Counted from the stretch's first letter, positions 38,205 through 52,424 are shown. The stretch is 64,000 nucleotides of DNA from Octopus sinensis (GCF_006345805.1 NC_043010.1:10788001-10852000), one strand, 5' to 3'. Program-made: numbers and translations. The notes: generated by a model not told the origin, from the letters alone.

Positions 38205-38205
<1 letters not shown>
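37651..38205 (-). mobile_element. ~555-bp unclassified retroposon-like insert within a (TAA)n microsatellite
   Basis: GC-richer non-coding block flanked on both sides by (att)n; strand inferred from the (taa)n tail. Confidence 0.45.
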
Positions 38206-38252
<47 letters not shown>

Positions 38253-38544
38253 GATTATTATTATTATTATCATTATTGTTATTATGGCTGCCATTCTGTG
38301 AAGTCACGGAAATTTGGTGCTCTGTAAGTTGAAAAAATGTTTGCAATCTTCTCAGCCTTCTAAGGCCCCATCTTTTCATTTCTATTGATACCATTATATT
38401 ACTAAGATAGTCTGAACTGTGCAGATAGTACTTTTGTGTAGAAACACTCGCTGATTTGCAAAAGGTGCACTTCAATAATTTTTAAAATTTTAATTACTTT
38501 CGGAAAAAACAAATATTTTGCAATTTTCTGTAATTATTGAAACA

Positions 38545-38970
38545 TGGTGCAGGAGTGGCTGTGTAGTAAGTAGCTTGCTTACCAACCACATGGTTCCGGG
38601 ATCAGTCCCACTGCATGGCATCTTCGGCAAGTTTCTTCTGCTATAGCCTCGGGCCGACCAATGCCTTGTGAGTGGATTTGGTAGACGGAAACTGAAAGAA
38701 GCCTGTTGTAATATATATGTGTGTGTGTATATGTTTGTGTGTCTGTGTTTGTCCCCCTAGCATTGCTTGACAACTGATGCTGGTGTGTTTATGTCCCCGT
38801 CACTTAGCGGTTCGGCAAAAGAGACCGATAGAATAAGTACTGGGCTTACAAAGAATAAGTCCCGGGGTTGATTTGCTCGACTAAAGACAGTGCTCCAGCA
38901 TGGCCGCAGTCAAATGACTGAAACACGTAAAAGTAAAAGTAAGTAAAAAGCAAAGTAAAGTAAGTAAAAG
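38545..38970 (+). mobile_element. SINE family A
   Basis: Full copy. Confidence 0.92.
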
Positions 38971-39714
38971 TATGGCTGATAAAAAAGCCATCATAATTTT
39001 CGACAAAGGAATGCACACCTTCTCAGGAAAAATTGAGAACAAGGAAAGAATTGCGAATATAAATATCAAATGGCCTCAACTTAATGACATCACCAAGGTG
39101 AAAGATGTTTCGTTTCTAATGAGAACAACAACAGCAACAGTAGCAGCAGTAACTATAGTGAACCTCATCATGTAGAAGGAACTTTGTAAAAGATATGATT
39201 TTTCATATGTCATTGAGGATACAACTGGATGCCTTACTAGATTCAATGAAGCTACTGATCTTTCTATGAATGCACAAATAATGCTATAAACACGTAGAAC
39301 AGTTCTGAGTCACAGAAGCTTCCCAGATGACAAGCAGTTCCCATGTCAATGAAGAACTAGCTAAATACAATATTAAATTTTGTGCAGCTACTAAATGTGC
39401 CATAGAGAGAACCAAGTGGCAAAAATGCATTAGCTGTGTTGAGTGTGAGATTCTTACACTGGGGGACTGGTTAATCTTTAGGAAATGGAAGAAGAAATGA
39501 CAGGGAACATGAACTCAAGTCATAAATGTCTTGATGCTGCTAATGAAATAATTACGTCCAAGCTTGCTATAAAACCTGCTATTTTAACGGATCTCCATTT
39601 TAACAGAATATCATCTTGTATAGATTGGTATACAAGGCCATAATATTTACTATCATAATGCAGTCAATGAGTCTGGAGTTACTCAGTTTCTTCAAATTTC
39701 ACCATTTAAATTAG

Positions 39715-39802
39715 AACAACAGTTTTGGTCGGAATCTCACACACAATAAATATTGTTGGGAATCCTGAATATTTCCTAAATTCTGTTTGCCACTTCAAAT
39801 TG
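39715..39802 (+). CDS. Weak candidate exon (TTVLVGISHTINIVGNPEYFLNSVCHFKL)
   Basis: AG acceptor, strong GTGAGT donor, one open frame; no homology recognised. Confidence 0.12.
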
Positions 39803-40620
39803 GTGAGTTTTCCAAGAGAGAGAGAGACAAGATAACTTTCAGAGCTGGTCTTAATTAGATGTGTCTTCAGAAAATAATTGGCTGAAACTGAAGTAACCTA
39901 GTAATTGGACAACTGCTCAGGAATATAATCCAGTTGTTTGGTAAATTTAGCAATTGATATTTTCCAGGATCGACTAATTAGATCTCATGGGTGAGACTAT
40001 GAGGCTATTGATTTGTGATATATAATGATTTGTCTTTATATGTGTGCTTATAAGTGCTTCTGTGTGTTTGTGTGTGTGTGCATGCATGTGTGTATGTAGA
40101 TGTGTGTGTATGTGTCTTTTGTTGCAAAGAAACGTATGCAGTTTATGAAAGAGGGTGTTATACAATCTCTGTTAGTGGAATGTATGCATATACGCCTGTG
40201 TGATCTTATTTATGCGTGGGTAATTGTACTGTTATGTATGTAAGGGGGCATACATGTGTGAGTGTATAAGGGAGTGTGTTTTTAAAAGCGTGCGTGCGTG
40301 TTTGTGTGTGTGGGTGGGGTGTCCATGTAATGTGTGTCTTTGAATTAATAGGTACTTTTGTATTGATGGAACAACTGATCTAAAACACTCTCTTTCAAAT
40401 TATTATCTATTCATAGACACATTCACACAACGATGTATTGATACATACATACATACATGCATTATACATACACCCATACACACATGTATGTATGTATGTG
40501 TGTGTATATGTGTTTGTGTGTCTTTGTATCTTACAAGTATGAGTATATCTCAATACAGATTGAAGTAGTCTGATTGTGAATGTGCACATACATGAATCCA
40601 TACACGTACATATAGATATA

Positions 40621-41001
40621 GGAGGCGCAATGGCCCAGTGGTTAGGGCAGCGGACTCACGGTCATAGGATCGCGGTTTCGATTCCCAGACCGGGCGTTGT
40701 GAGTGTTTATTGAGCGAAAACACCTAAAGCTCCATGAGGCTCCGGCAGGGGATGGTGGTGATCCCTGCTGTACTCTTTCACCACAACTTTCTCTCACTCT
40801 TACTTCCTGTTTCTGTTGTACCTGTATTTCAAGGGGCCGGCCTTGTCACTCTCTGTGTCATGCTGAATATCCCCGAGAACTATGTTACGGGTACACGTGT
40901 CTGTGGAGTGCTCAGCCACTTACACGTTAATTTCACGAGCAGGCTGTTCCGTTGATCGGATCAACCGGAACCCTCATCGTTGTAACCGACGGAGTGCTTC
41001 C
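40621..41001 (+). mobile_element. tRNA-derived SINE family B with 12-bp TSD
   Basis: A box tggcccagtgg, B box ggtttcgattccc; TSD catatagatata at 40609-40620 and 41005-41016. Confidence 0.9.
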
Positions 41002-41034
41002 ATCCATATAGATATAAATGTGTGGGTGTGCATG

Positions 41035-41300
41035 GGTGTCGCTTAGTGGGTAGTAAGTTGCACTCATGATTGCAAGATCATGGTTTCAATTCCTAGACCA
41101 GGTGATGCATTGTGTTCTTGAGCAAAACACTATCTCATGTTGCTCTGCAATCATTTCGACATCTGACTCATGCTACACTGTACACTTGTTCAGACAATGT
41201 CGATTTGACGAAGAGACTGAGCTAATGTGTATCATGAGCATTTGATCGCTATACACAAGATCATTTGAGCAGGTGATCATTTAGCAATAGCTAAATGCTC
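41035..41300 (+). mobile_element. Old tRNA-derived SINE (related copy at 43948-44215)
   Basis: gcttagtgggtag...ggtttcaattcc, ttgtgttcttgagcaaaacac core. Confidence 0.7.
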
Positions 41301-41949
41301 ATCATCATCATCATCATTGTTCGACCGTGGTCGAGACAATGGAATTTACCATGCTACGTCAGACTTCATGGTCCATCATGGCATTACGGAGATCCTGTTG
41401 CTGGATGCCTGCATCCCTGGAGATTACATCAGGGTAGGAGAGTGTGCGCCCTCTGGTATTGTAAGTAGATGGCTTCCAGAGGAGGAGAGTAGAAATTACC
41501 TTGTTTTCAGCTCTACAACAATGTCCAGCAAACTGGACTCTCCTACCTTTCACAAGAGATGACACAGGTGGTAGTTTCCCATATATTTGCATTTTGGTTG
41601 GATGACGCTTCCACGAGAGATTTTGAGCTCTCATAAGGAGGCGAGTGTAGGTTCCATCCAACCGCCTCTCAAGCTTCTTTGATAACGTCCAGGTTTCTGA
41701 GCCATATAGTAGAATTTGTTCGACTGTGGCTTTGAAGATTTCAAGTTTGAAGTCTCTACTTAGATTTGATGACCAGATCTTATGCATATCATTACAGGCT
41801 GACCAGGCCATACCCTTTCTAGTTAGAAAGTCTTTTCCAGATGATGATATGTATGACCCAAGATATTTGTAATCAGAAACCATATTTAAGGGCGCATTGT
41901 TGAGAGTATGGATGATGCAATCACTGTTGGACAGGCACTTGTCCAACAT
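41300..41949 (-). mobile_element. RTE-clade LINE, 5'-truncated
   Basis: ORF with YKYLGSYI, LLYGSETWTL, RRVQFAGHC; (tga)n tail at the 41300 end. Confidence 0.92.
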
Positions 41950-42221
41950 AAATGCTCATACATCGTCTGTGATGGGAGAGTCCATTGTGTGTGTGTGTGT
42001 GTGTAAAGCCAAGAAATTTTCGGCACCCACTCTTTTATATAAACATATGTCAGGCTTCGGTACATGTTCCATATACCAAACTCCATATACAAGTCAACAT
42101 GAGGTCATAGAAGGAGACACCAATGTGCAGTATGGAAAGATCATGTCCCCAAAATATGCTTGTGAAGCTTTCTTCTTAACTGCACAGCCATGACTCTACC
42201 CCTATATATAAATCACATAAA

Positions 42222-42450
42222 AGGCGGTGAGCTGGCAGAAACGTTAGCGCGCCGGGCGAAATGCTTAGCGGTATTTCATCTGTCGTTACTTTCTGAGTTC
42301 AAATTCCACCGAGGTTGACTTTGCCTTTCATCCTTTCGGTGTCGATAAATAAAGTACCAGTTTTGCACTGGGGTCGATATAATCGACTTAATCCCTTCAT
42401 CTGTTTTTGTTTGTCCTCTCTATGTTTAGCCCCTTGTGGGTATTAAATAA
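42222..42450 (+). mobile_element. SINE family C
   Basis: Full copy; apparent TSD tatatataaatcacata. Confidence 0.9.
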
Positions 42451-42923
42451 ATATATATATAAATCACATATATAGAAATGAAATGCTGAAATAGACAACA
42501 CACAACTCACACACACACACTCACACACACGCGCACACACACACACATAGACACACATATATATAACATACAGAACATGAGTTAATATCCGTTGTTGGTA
42601 TCTTATTGTATGAATATATTGAATACTGAACTGCAGAAGACTCACTTTCTGAACGATGAGGAATTCATACAAAATTATTTGAAGAGAAAAATCTTCTAGA
42701 ATCCAAGGGAACCAATTTGATTGTCAGATTTGACAATAATCACTCTTATGACTGCTTCAAACATAACCTTGATTGATAACCTATTCATACCAATATTTAC
42801 TTCTATTTCGTTTAGCACTACAGGATCCATAGCTATACATTCACTTTCTTTCCATCGCTTGCTCCATTCCTTTTGCATATCTCTCTGTACATGGACATAA
42901 GATGAGATAATGAGGGAGAGATA

Positions 42924-43141
42924 CTCTTTTACTCTTTTACTCTTTTACTTGTTTCAGTCATTTGACTGTGGCCATGCTGGAGCACCACCTTTAATCGATC
43001 AAATCGACTCCGGGACTTATTCTTTTGTAAGCCCAGTACTTATTCTATCGCTCTCTTTTGCCGAACCGCTAAGTGACGGGGACGTAAACACACCAGCATC
43101 GGTTGTCAAGCAATGCTAGGGGGACAAACACAGACACACAA

Positions 43142-43174
<33 letters not shown>

Positions 43175-43346
43175 CATATATACGACGGGCTTCTTTCAGT
43201 TTCCATCTACCAAATCCACTCACAAGGTTTTGGTCGGCCCGAGGCTATAGCAGAAGACACTTGCCCAAGATGCCACGCAGTGGGACTGAACCCGCAACCA
43301 TGTGGTTGGTAAGCAAGCTACTTGCCACACAGCCACTCCTGCGCCT
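42924..43346 (-). mobile_element. SINE family A flanked by 91-bp direct repeats
   Basis: Repeats 42833-42923 and 43345-43435, 3 mismatches by eye. Confidence 0.92.
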
Positions 43347-43947
43347 ATACATTCACTTTCTTTCCGTCACTTGCTCCATTCCTTTTACATATCTCTCTGT
43401 ACATGGACATAAGATGAGATAATGAGGGAGAGATATTTATGTTCATTTATAATTGGCTTTTCATTTTTCCTTTTTCAAATAATATGAAGCTTACTGTGCA
43501 ATGACATGCTTCTGAGTTTAGTTCCACCTCATGGCACCTTGAACAAGTGTCTTCTACTAGAGCCCTGGACCAACCAGTGCTTTATGAGTCAATTTCATAA
43601 ACAAAAACTGTGTTGAAGGCGGTGAGCTGGCAGAAACGTTAGCGCACTGGGCAAAATGCTTATCGGTATTTTGACTATTGGATGGAAATTTTACTATTAT
43701 TTCTAGCAGGTTGAATGACTATTTACAGTTTCCACCATTGACTGATGACAATGTACTTGTCAGTAGATAATTAGTAAGATATTACAAAACAACAGAAATC
43801 CCATGGTTAAATAAATTAACACCTATATAGTTTGTAGTTGATGATATCCAAACAATATAATTTCATTTCTAATAACTGAACCATTGCAGGGAATTTTGAG
43901 TTTTCCTCTTTCTCGTGCATTATGTATTGTGTGCAAATATAAGTCAA

Positions 43948-44215
43948 GCATGCATGGCCCAGTGGTTAGGGTGTTGCAAACATGATCTAAGGATCATGGT
44001 TCCATTTTCTTGACTGGGTGTTGCACTGTGTTCTTCAGCAAAACACTTCATTTCATGTGGCTCTGTGATCACCTCAACAGCTGACTTGTGGTACACATTC
44101 ACCTGTTCAGGTGACATTAATTTGATGGTGGGAGTGCACTGACGAACCGCACATGAGTTTGTCCACCATAAGTAATTCAGTTGTGCAGGTTGATCAGCAA
44201 GAAATAACAGTGCCA
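43948..44215 (+). mobile_element. Old tRNA-derived SINE
   Basis: atggcccagtggttaggg head; homologous to 41035-41300. Confidence 0.7.
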
Positions 44216-46093
44216 TTTATCTTGGACTACAAAAGACTACCAGCAATATATCACATACATATCAACCTAAAATTTTAAAGCACTGCCAGATTGCCTTGAA
44301 GAATTCCAGAATGTGGAAAAAAATTTTGCAAGTTTAGAAAACTTTAAGCTCACGTCTATGAAATAGTTAATAGAAATATAAACTTGCATAACTAATTAAT
44401 TATTTAGTAAAGCAACTGCCTGGGAAAAAGTTCTGATTTTCAGTTGTAATAAAACTATCATTGGTTTCTATCAAATACAGGATTTTGCATAAGCATCTTA
44501 TCTAACACTACAAATGCAATGATATAACAGGCATGGTACTCAGCTAAATTCAGTTAAGCTATATGGTTCATCATTCATTTAATACTCCAGTGAGCAAACA
44601 CAATTACTACCTGCCTCTATTTATTCACGTACTGCTACTGAGGCATTACAATAATATTTAACAGATTTTATTTTTAAAAATACGTAGTGAAGGTTTGTTT
44701 CACAACCAGAATTCCCAAATGTTTTAAGAAAAACGTGTAGTCAATCAGAAAAAGAAATATATGGGTCCAACCAGCCATTTTTTGTTTCAACTCGGTTTTT
44801 CCTGATAAATGAAGACATATATTTCAAATTGATCTGATTAACGTATCAGTGATAAAAACTGTTACACATGTAAAATATCAACATTTTATTCTCTTAGCAT
44901 TCTCAATAGATATATGTTGGTATTTGCTTGATAATATCTTCTCTGCTTCCAGCAGTTATCACTAGAGCTTATAACGAACAGATATTTATGGTAATTGCAT
45001 TAATATATCACACGGATCAAAACAACACCAACAACAACAACGACAACCACAATGATATCAACATAGATTATTTTTCTCTTCTTCCAGCCTTTTCATTTAT
45101 TTTTATATATTTGTTTAATTTTATTTATTTAATGTTATTTTATTTTATTTTATTTATTTAATGTTATTTTATTTTATTTTATTTATTTAATGTTATTTTA
45201 TTTTATTTTATTCTGTTTATTTATTCAGTAAATTTTATCGAGAATTTCAATGAAATAAACCATTGATGACTAAACTAAACCACAGACATCAAGGTAATAT
45301 TTCAATAAGCAAAGAACATTGGATGTTCAATGACACATGTATTCAAATGTCAGATTACATCTATCTGCCTTCTTTTCCAAGTATAAACAGACTCTAGTTG
45401 TTTAAACATGCCTTCCTATATGGAATAAATGGAATAACTAAATGAGGAGAATAATCACTAAATGTAATTATCGCTGATCTGTGATGATTATTTAAAAATT
45501 AAGCTGGAATGAAGTTTCACTGATTTGTACTTGTAAAGTACAAAGTTATCAATGTACTTAAGGCAGTGATTAGGCAGAGTGGTTGGAACATCAGTTAGAC
45601 TACTTTGTGATATTCCTTTCAACTTGCTGGGTTCTAGGCTCAAATCCCATTGTGTTCAAGTTTGTCTTTCATTCTTTCAGAATTGGTAATTAAAGTACCA
45701 GTAATCCACTGGGGTTCATTTTGCTCTTTCTTGCTTTCTCTCATTACCTTTCTTTCAGTAAGTAATCAGCTGCCTTCGGACCCAGGAACAGATAGATTCT
45801 GTCGGGTTTAAAATTCCCCAGATGTACCATTTTTAACATAACATTACTCCTAAAATTTTCACTGGCGTTAAAAGAACCCCATCGCTTATGATTACGAAGA
45901 AGGATTGCTTCAAAAATTTAGTACTGAGTTTAGAAGCTAGTACACAGACTAATAGTAAAGAAAATAAGAACACTCATTGATTAGGATTATTTGAAATTAG
46001 TATACCAGAAGAAGAAATGATGACCCTTTGAACACGTTAAAAATGACCTGTTTTGTAACAACCCTCATCTTACAACAACCTCAGTGTATATAA

Positions 46094-46478
46094 CTAGCAG
46101 TATCACCCAGCGTTGCTCGGGTTTGTAAGGGAAATAACTATATAAGCATTTTTAGAGAGTTATAGCCAAAAAATAGCAAAAAAAATAAATGCATTAAAAA
46201 TGGAAAAAAATGATGGTAAATTTTTTTTTTAAATCGTTGACTCATCGTAGACATTTTTAGAGAGTTACTTCCCTTATATAATAGCGAAAAAAGGCATTAA
46301 AATGGAAAAAAATGATGGTAAATTTTTTTTTAAATCGTAGACTCATCGTAGACGCGCACTAATACCCAGAAGGGCTCGATATGAATCACGGTTAAACTGC
46401 ACCGCAAAATGTGGGAGTAGTTAGGAATCTAAATCGTAGGAGACAGACAGCACACAACCTCTCTTTTATATATAAAGA
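46094..46478 (-). mobile_element. Non-autonomous Helitron-like element
   Basis: Minus strand begins TC(tttatatataaaag), ends hairpin plus CTAG, sits between host A and T, no TSD. Confidence 0.75.
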
Positions 46479-47119
46479 TTACCCTTTAAAAGTGTTTATT
46501 ATGATTGCCACTAAGCATATCGTCTGATCGTTAACATGTTAGACAAGATGTTTAATCACATTTCTTCTGGCTCATTGCATTCTGAATACATATTTCACCA
46601 AGGTCGATGTTGACTTTACCTTCTATCATTTAAGTGTTGGAAGATAAGTATCAATCAAGCACTGCGGGCGATGTGACCGATTTCCTCTCCCCTCAAAAAC
46701 TGTTGGCCTTGCACCAAAATTTGAAGCCATTATGTTTGAAGAGACCCTGTTTATCTTTTAATGGAGTTGTGTTGCTTATAGGTTTCCATAGTTCCAGTCA
46801 TTGATTCAGTGTTTTTTACACAGCAAGAGTTAATAAGGGTGTGTCTGTGTAGCTTGCAATGGAACAATGATCACAAAATATCTCTACTTTGATATTTGTG
46901 TTTATTTTTCCTCACAAATATATTGAAGTTTTTTTTCAACCACATGGTTTTGAGTTCATTCCCTCTGTGTGGCACCTAAAACAAGTGTTTTCTACTATAA
47001 CCCTGGACCAACTAATGCTTTGTCAGTGAATTGGTAGACAGAAACTATGAAAGCCCATTATGTATATATCTATGACATGTTATTGCACAGACAGAATTGT
47101 TGTCCAGGCATACAAACAT

Positions 47120-47322
47120 AATACATACATACATACATACATACATGCATACATACATACATGCATACATACATACATACATACATGCATACATACATAC
47201 ATACATACATACATACAAACATACATACATTCATACATACATACATACATACATACATACATGTATACATACATACATACATACATACATACATACATAC
47301 ATACATACATACATACATACAT
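47120..47322. repeat. (TACA)n microsatellite
   Basis: Visible repeat. Confidence 0.95.
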
Positions 47323-47687
47323 AATTATTGGGGCTCTGGGATATGTAACACACTGCCTAATTACCAATCTTGAGAAATTAGGCTTCTCAAACCCAGAAAG
47401 AAGAAAGCCAATTTGAAGACTACAGATCCAATCCATCACTGGAACAGTAAAAATCTGTAAAACTTTCAAGAAGTTTATCATTTAAATATATATGAGCATG
47501 TCTAGATATGAAACTATATGTATGAGAAAACATACATAAAACAAAATATACAGATCTGCACACATACATACATACATACATACGTTACATACATATAAAA
47601 ATACCCTGTTGTTGATGCTAAATAAAAAAGAGAAATAAATAAATACACACACACATGCATGCAAGCACACACACACATATTCATACA

Positions 47688-47994
47688 GTGTTGTTGTTTG
47701 TTCCTTCTCGAGCTATACCTGGCTCATAGGGAAGGTTTCCCGGTTTCCTTGGTATATAGGTTCCCCACCTGGATGGGACGCCGGGCCATCGCAGGTGAGC
47801 TGCAAGATGCAGGAGGAAAGAATGAGGGCAAGTTGTGGCGAAAGAGTTAGTAGAAGTTCGTCATTACCTTCTGCCGGAGACATGTGGAACTTAGGTGTTT
47901 CGCTCATAAACACACACGTCGCCTGGTCTGAGATTCGAACCTGCGATCCCTTGACTACAAGTCTGCTGCTCTAACCACTAGGCCATGTGCCTCC
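47688..47994 (-). mobile_element. tRNA-derived SINE family D (family B head, different tail)
   Basis: Reverse complement ggaggcacatggcctagtggttagagcagc...ggttcgaatctc; tail ends ...gaaggaacaaacaacaac. Confidence 0.85.
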
Positions 47995-48296
47995 CATATA
48001 CATGCACACACATATATATGTGTGTGTTTGCATGTTTGTAAGTGTATAAGTGTTCTTGCTTATGTTTGTTTTGTTCAAACTTTTCAACAACCAGCATTGG
48101 TTTATTTACAACCATGTAACCTAGCATTTTAGCAAATAAACTTGATGAAATAGGTACTAGACTTAAAAATATATACTGGGATCACTTTAATCAACTAAAG
48201 CCATTAAGCTGGAGTCCTGTAGCCTTCAGTCCATGAACAGAAACCAGGGAGAAAACAATATAAGAATATGGTTAGTATAATAAGGAAAACAATAAT

Positions 48297-48713
48297 CTCT
48301 TTTCTTTTACTCTTTTACTTGTTTCAGTGATCTGACTGTGGCCCTGCTGGAGCACCACCTTTAATCGAGCAACTCGACCCCGGGACTTATTCTTTGTAAG
48401 CCCAGTACTTATTCTATCGGTCTCTTTTTGCTGAACCGCTAAGTGACGGGGACGTAAACACACCAGCATCGGTTGTCAAGCAATGCTAGGGGGACAAACA
48501 CAGACACACAACCATACACACACATACATATATATATATACATATATCCGACAGGCTTCTTTCAGTTTCCGTCTACCAAATCCACTCACAAGGCATTGGT
48601 CAGCCCGAGGCTATAGCAGAAGACACTTGAACAAGATGCCACACAGTGGGACTGAACCTGGAAACATGCAGTTGGTAAGCAAGCTACTTACCACACAGCC
48701 ACTCCTGCACCTA
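48297..48713 (-). mobile_element. SINE family A
   Basis: Full reverse copy. Confidence 0.92.
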
Positions 48714-48719
48714 TAATGT

Positions 48720-49110
48720 CAGTTTTACTTTTATCTTTAATTTGTTTCAGTCACTGGACAGTGGCCATGCTGGGGCACCTGAGCTTATCAACCCCAGTAC
48801 TTATTTTACTAATTTCTTCTTTCAGTTTGCTACTTATTCAGCCAGGATCTTTAGTTGGGTCATTGTATTGCTGGAATATAAACAAGCAAACCAACACCGG
48901 TTATCAAGCAGTGGTGGGGAACAAGCACAAACACAAAGATATACAAACACACACACACACACATATATATATATAGATGGGCTTCCACACAGCTTCCATC
49001 TCGCAAATTCATTTGGGTCAGCCCAAAGGCTATAGTAGAAATACATTGGCCCAAAGTACCACACAGCAGGACTGAACCCAAAACCATGTGATTTGCAAAG
49101 TGAGCTATAT
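48720..49110 (-). mobile_element. Older SINE family A-related copy
   Basis: Diverged head and tail. Confidence 0.7.
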
Positions 49111-49152
49111 AACATGGTATATTTTTTTAAGGAAGGGCTCTAAAATCAGTGA

Positions 49153-49184
<32 letters not shown>

Positions 49185-50189
49185 TACTACTACTACTACT
49201 ACTGCTGCTACTACCACTACTACTAAACCTATGGCTACAATACTAGGAGTAATCAAATGAACTTGTATGTGGTTTTCCCAGCTTGCTAGAAAGAGCAACC
49301 AAATTTCCTGCACACACACACATACACACAAACACACACACACACACACACAATACACACAGACACACACACATGCACATGCACATATGCAAACTCACAT
49401 TACTACCATCTCAAAGAGGGGTATGGACACGTTAGACAGTATGGTCCTAATTATAGTAGAAACTCGAATGTTCTCGACTGGAATGTCTTTGATCATTGAG
49501 TTCTTTTGACTCAATCAGGGCTAATGCAAGACCAACGAACAACAACAGCAATAACAACAGCCTTCAATTAACACCATTACTTAAAAGACACTAGCCAATA
49601 TCACTGCCTACATAATAGGGCCTTTAGAAATACAGAAGAAAAATCAATGCTCCTCTACTCACGAAACACTGAAAGCCAATATCTTAAGAAATCTATTCAT
49701 AACATTTTCTTCAATACCAAATGTGAATGCCTTTTAGTTGTTGGAGCGACCATAGTAGAAATGGCCATTATCTGTAAATCGGTTGGTCTTGGACTGATTT
49801 TTCATTCCTTTCTAATCACAAATCAGAAATATATCTCTTTGGCTGTCTTTATAAATGTTCAACCAACGGCTGTTTGCGTCCTATCAATTTACAAAGCAGA
49901 CTAACGCATTAGCTCGGAAAAACACAATGCGAAACAACAACAAATATAACAACAACAACGACGACGACGACGATGACGATGACGATGATGATGATGATGA
50001 TGATAACGATGATGACAAAAACAATAACACCAATAATAAGATAAATGAATAAATAAATAAATAAATAAATAAATCAGCAACCAAAATGTGAAAAGATTTG
50101 CAAACAATATAAATGCTTCATAGTTTGATGGACAAAGATATTAATGGGTTTTTTTTATCAATATTTTTACCTAAGTATAGAAGAAATAA

Positions 50190-50259
50190 ATATATGCACA
50201 CGCATGCATATATACATACATATATATATATACATATACATATATATACACATATATAC

Positions 50260-50291
<32 letters not shown>

Positions 50292-50311
50292 ATACATATA
50301 CATATATATAC

Positions 50312-50342
<31 letters not shown>

Positions 50343-50441
50343 TATAATATATATACATATATCAATATATATATATACATATATACATATATATATATAC
50401 ATATATATATATACATATATATATATATACATATATATATA

Positions 50442-50486
<45 letters not shown>

Positions 50487-50892
50487 CACAGACACACAGA
50501 CACATTATACATAAATACATGCACACACACACAATATATATAATAACATACATACATACATACATACTTATATACATGCATACATACGTTCATATAGGTA
50601 TGTGTATGCATATTTATTATACGCTTGTTTCAAACAAAAACAAAGAACATTTGGCTCCGTGGCCTGTCAAGGATTTTTCTGCACATTTAAGTTTCTGGAT
50701 ATTAAATAGTGCGCATCAACTGGCGAAGACCATTCTTTTAAATAACAAATAAAACAGCCTACGAAATATAATTTTGCAGTCTGACAATATCATATCGGTG
50801 TCTTCAGTTTTATAGGTTTATTCCATCCAATAATAATAATGATGATAATGTGTGTCCACATACACACATACACATGTATGTTTACATATATA

Positions 50893-50942
<50 letters not shown>

Positions 50943-51030
50943 TGCATGTATACATACATATATACATGCATATATACGTTTATATAGGTATGTGTATGCA
51001 TATTTATTATAAGCTGTTTCGAACAAAAAA

Positions 51031-51103
<73 letters not shown>

Positions 51104-51525
51104 ATATATATATATATATATTATATATATATATATTTATGTATATATATATATATAGAGAGAGAGAGAGGTATAGATATGTATGTGTATGTGTGAATAT
51201 ATATTTATATATATATGTGTGTGTGTATATATATATATGTACGTATATCTATGTATATATATGTATGTATGTATGTAATGTATGTGCATGCATACATAGT
51301 ATGTAATTGTTTAAAACTTCAGTGTATATCTCCTCTTATTCATTATATGTATGTAACATACATACACACACACACACACAACACACACATATATGTATAT
51401 ATATATATATATATAATATATATATATTATATTTATTTATGTATGTATGTACATGCACATAAACACATGCACATACACATACATATATATATATATATAT
51501 AAACAGAGAGAGAGAGAGAGAGAGC
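50190..51525. repeat. (TA)/(TACA)/(GA) microsatellite complex with an ~75-bp direct repeat
   Basis: tatataggtatgtgtatgcatatttattata..c..gtttc.aacaaaaa near 50570-50645 and 50960-51032. Confidence 0.85.
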
Positions 51526-51641
51526 GAGAGAGCAAAGATGATAATATTTCTTTAATGGAAGCCATATCCATTAACTGAATTATAGCTGATAACGTTATCA
51601 TCTACTATTGCATGATGTCCACATGAATTTACCTCACTTAC

Positions 51642-51714
51642 TTCACTGCAAACTGTTTCGTTTTTCTCCCATGCCTTTGCATCATTTTTGATCAAGTAGT
51701 ATCGAAGGGAGAAT
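51642..51714 (-). CDS. Candidate exon (R)FSLRYYLIKNDAKAWEKNETVCSE
   Basis: ttttctcaag acceptor, strong GTAAGT donor, open frame; no confirmed homology. Confidence 0.22.
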
Positions 51715-52424
51715 CTTGAGAAAATTATTATAACTGAACTGAATTATCTTTAATAGGGGGAAGCTGTCTTTTAAGAAATATCTACATTAATTCTTAATTT
51801 AAAATTGATAAAATAATTCCTTTCAGAGGAAGAATATTCTAGGTATTTTATGTGAAGAAAGGTTCCGTCATATGGCATGAATTGTTTTTTATGCGGATTA
51901 GTTAACTCTTCTTTGCTTCTTGATCTTCTTGAGTGATGTTTAAGAGAAAGCATAGAATCTCAACAAAGAACCATTTATACAAACTAATGGCCGCCTTCTG
52001 AATATTGCAGCTAACAAGACATTTATCAGAGAAAGGGAAGTGAAATAAGATGAACAGATTACTAGGTGACTGATTTTTTTTCCCATGGAGCAAAAAATGC
52101 TTTAGGGTTCAAAGTTATGTATCGAAGGTGTATAGGAGAATTATAAAGTTCAGTTCCAATGTATGTCATCCTTGGAAAGTATTTTTAATTATGGTTCTGG
52201 TCTAACCAAAGCCACATAAGTGGGTTTGGTAGTTGGAAACTGAAAGAAGTTTGCCATGTATTCAAGATATAGTTACCAAGAACAACTCAGCTCTTGTGTT
52301 TTTGTTTACTTTATCTGGTTTTTTTTTTGGTTTTTTTATTTATTTATTTTTGCTTTTGCCAATGGCTGGTAAGTGGTATACTGCTATGGATGCAAAAAAC
52401 ACAGCCGTACTCAACTAGGTCACC

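Noticed and set aside
38972-39175. ORF MADKKAIIIFDKG... with AAG|GTGAAA donor
   Set aside because: The ATG directly abuts a SINE tail; no acceptor or homology; insufficient support.
40621-40700. tRNA-like sequence
   Set aside because: It is a SINE head: it continues into a repeat body with TSD, and no complete cloverleaf was verified.
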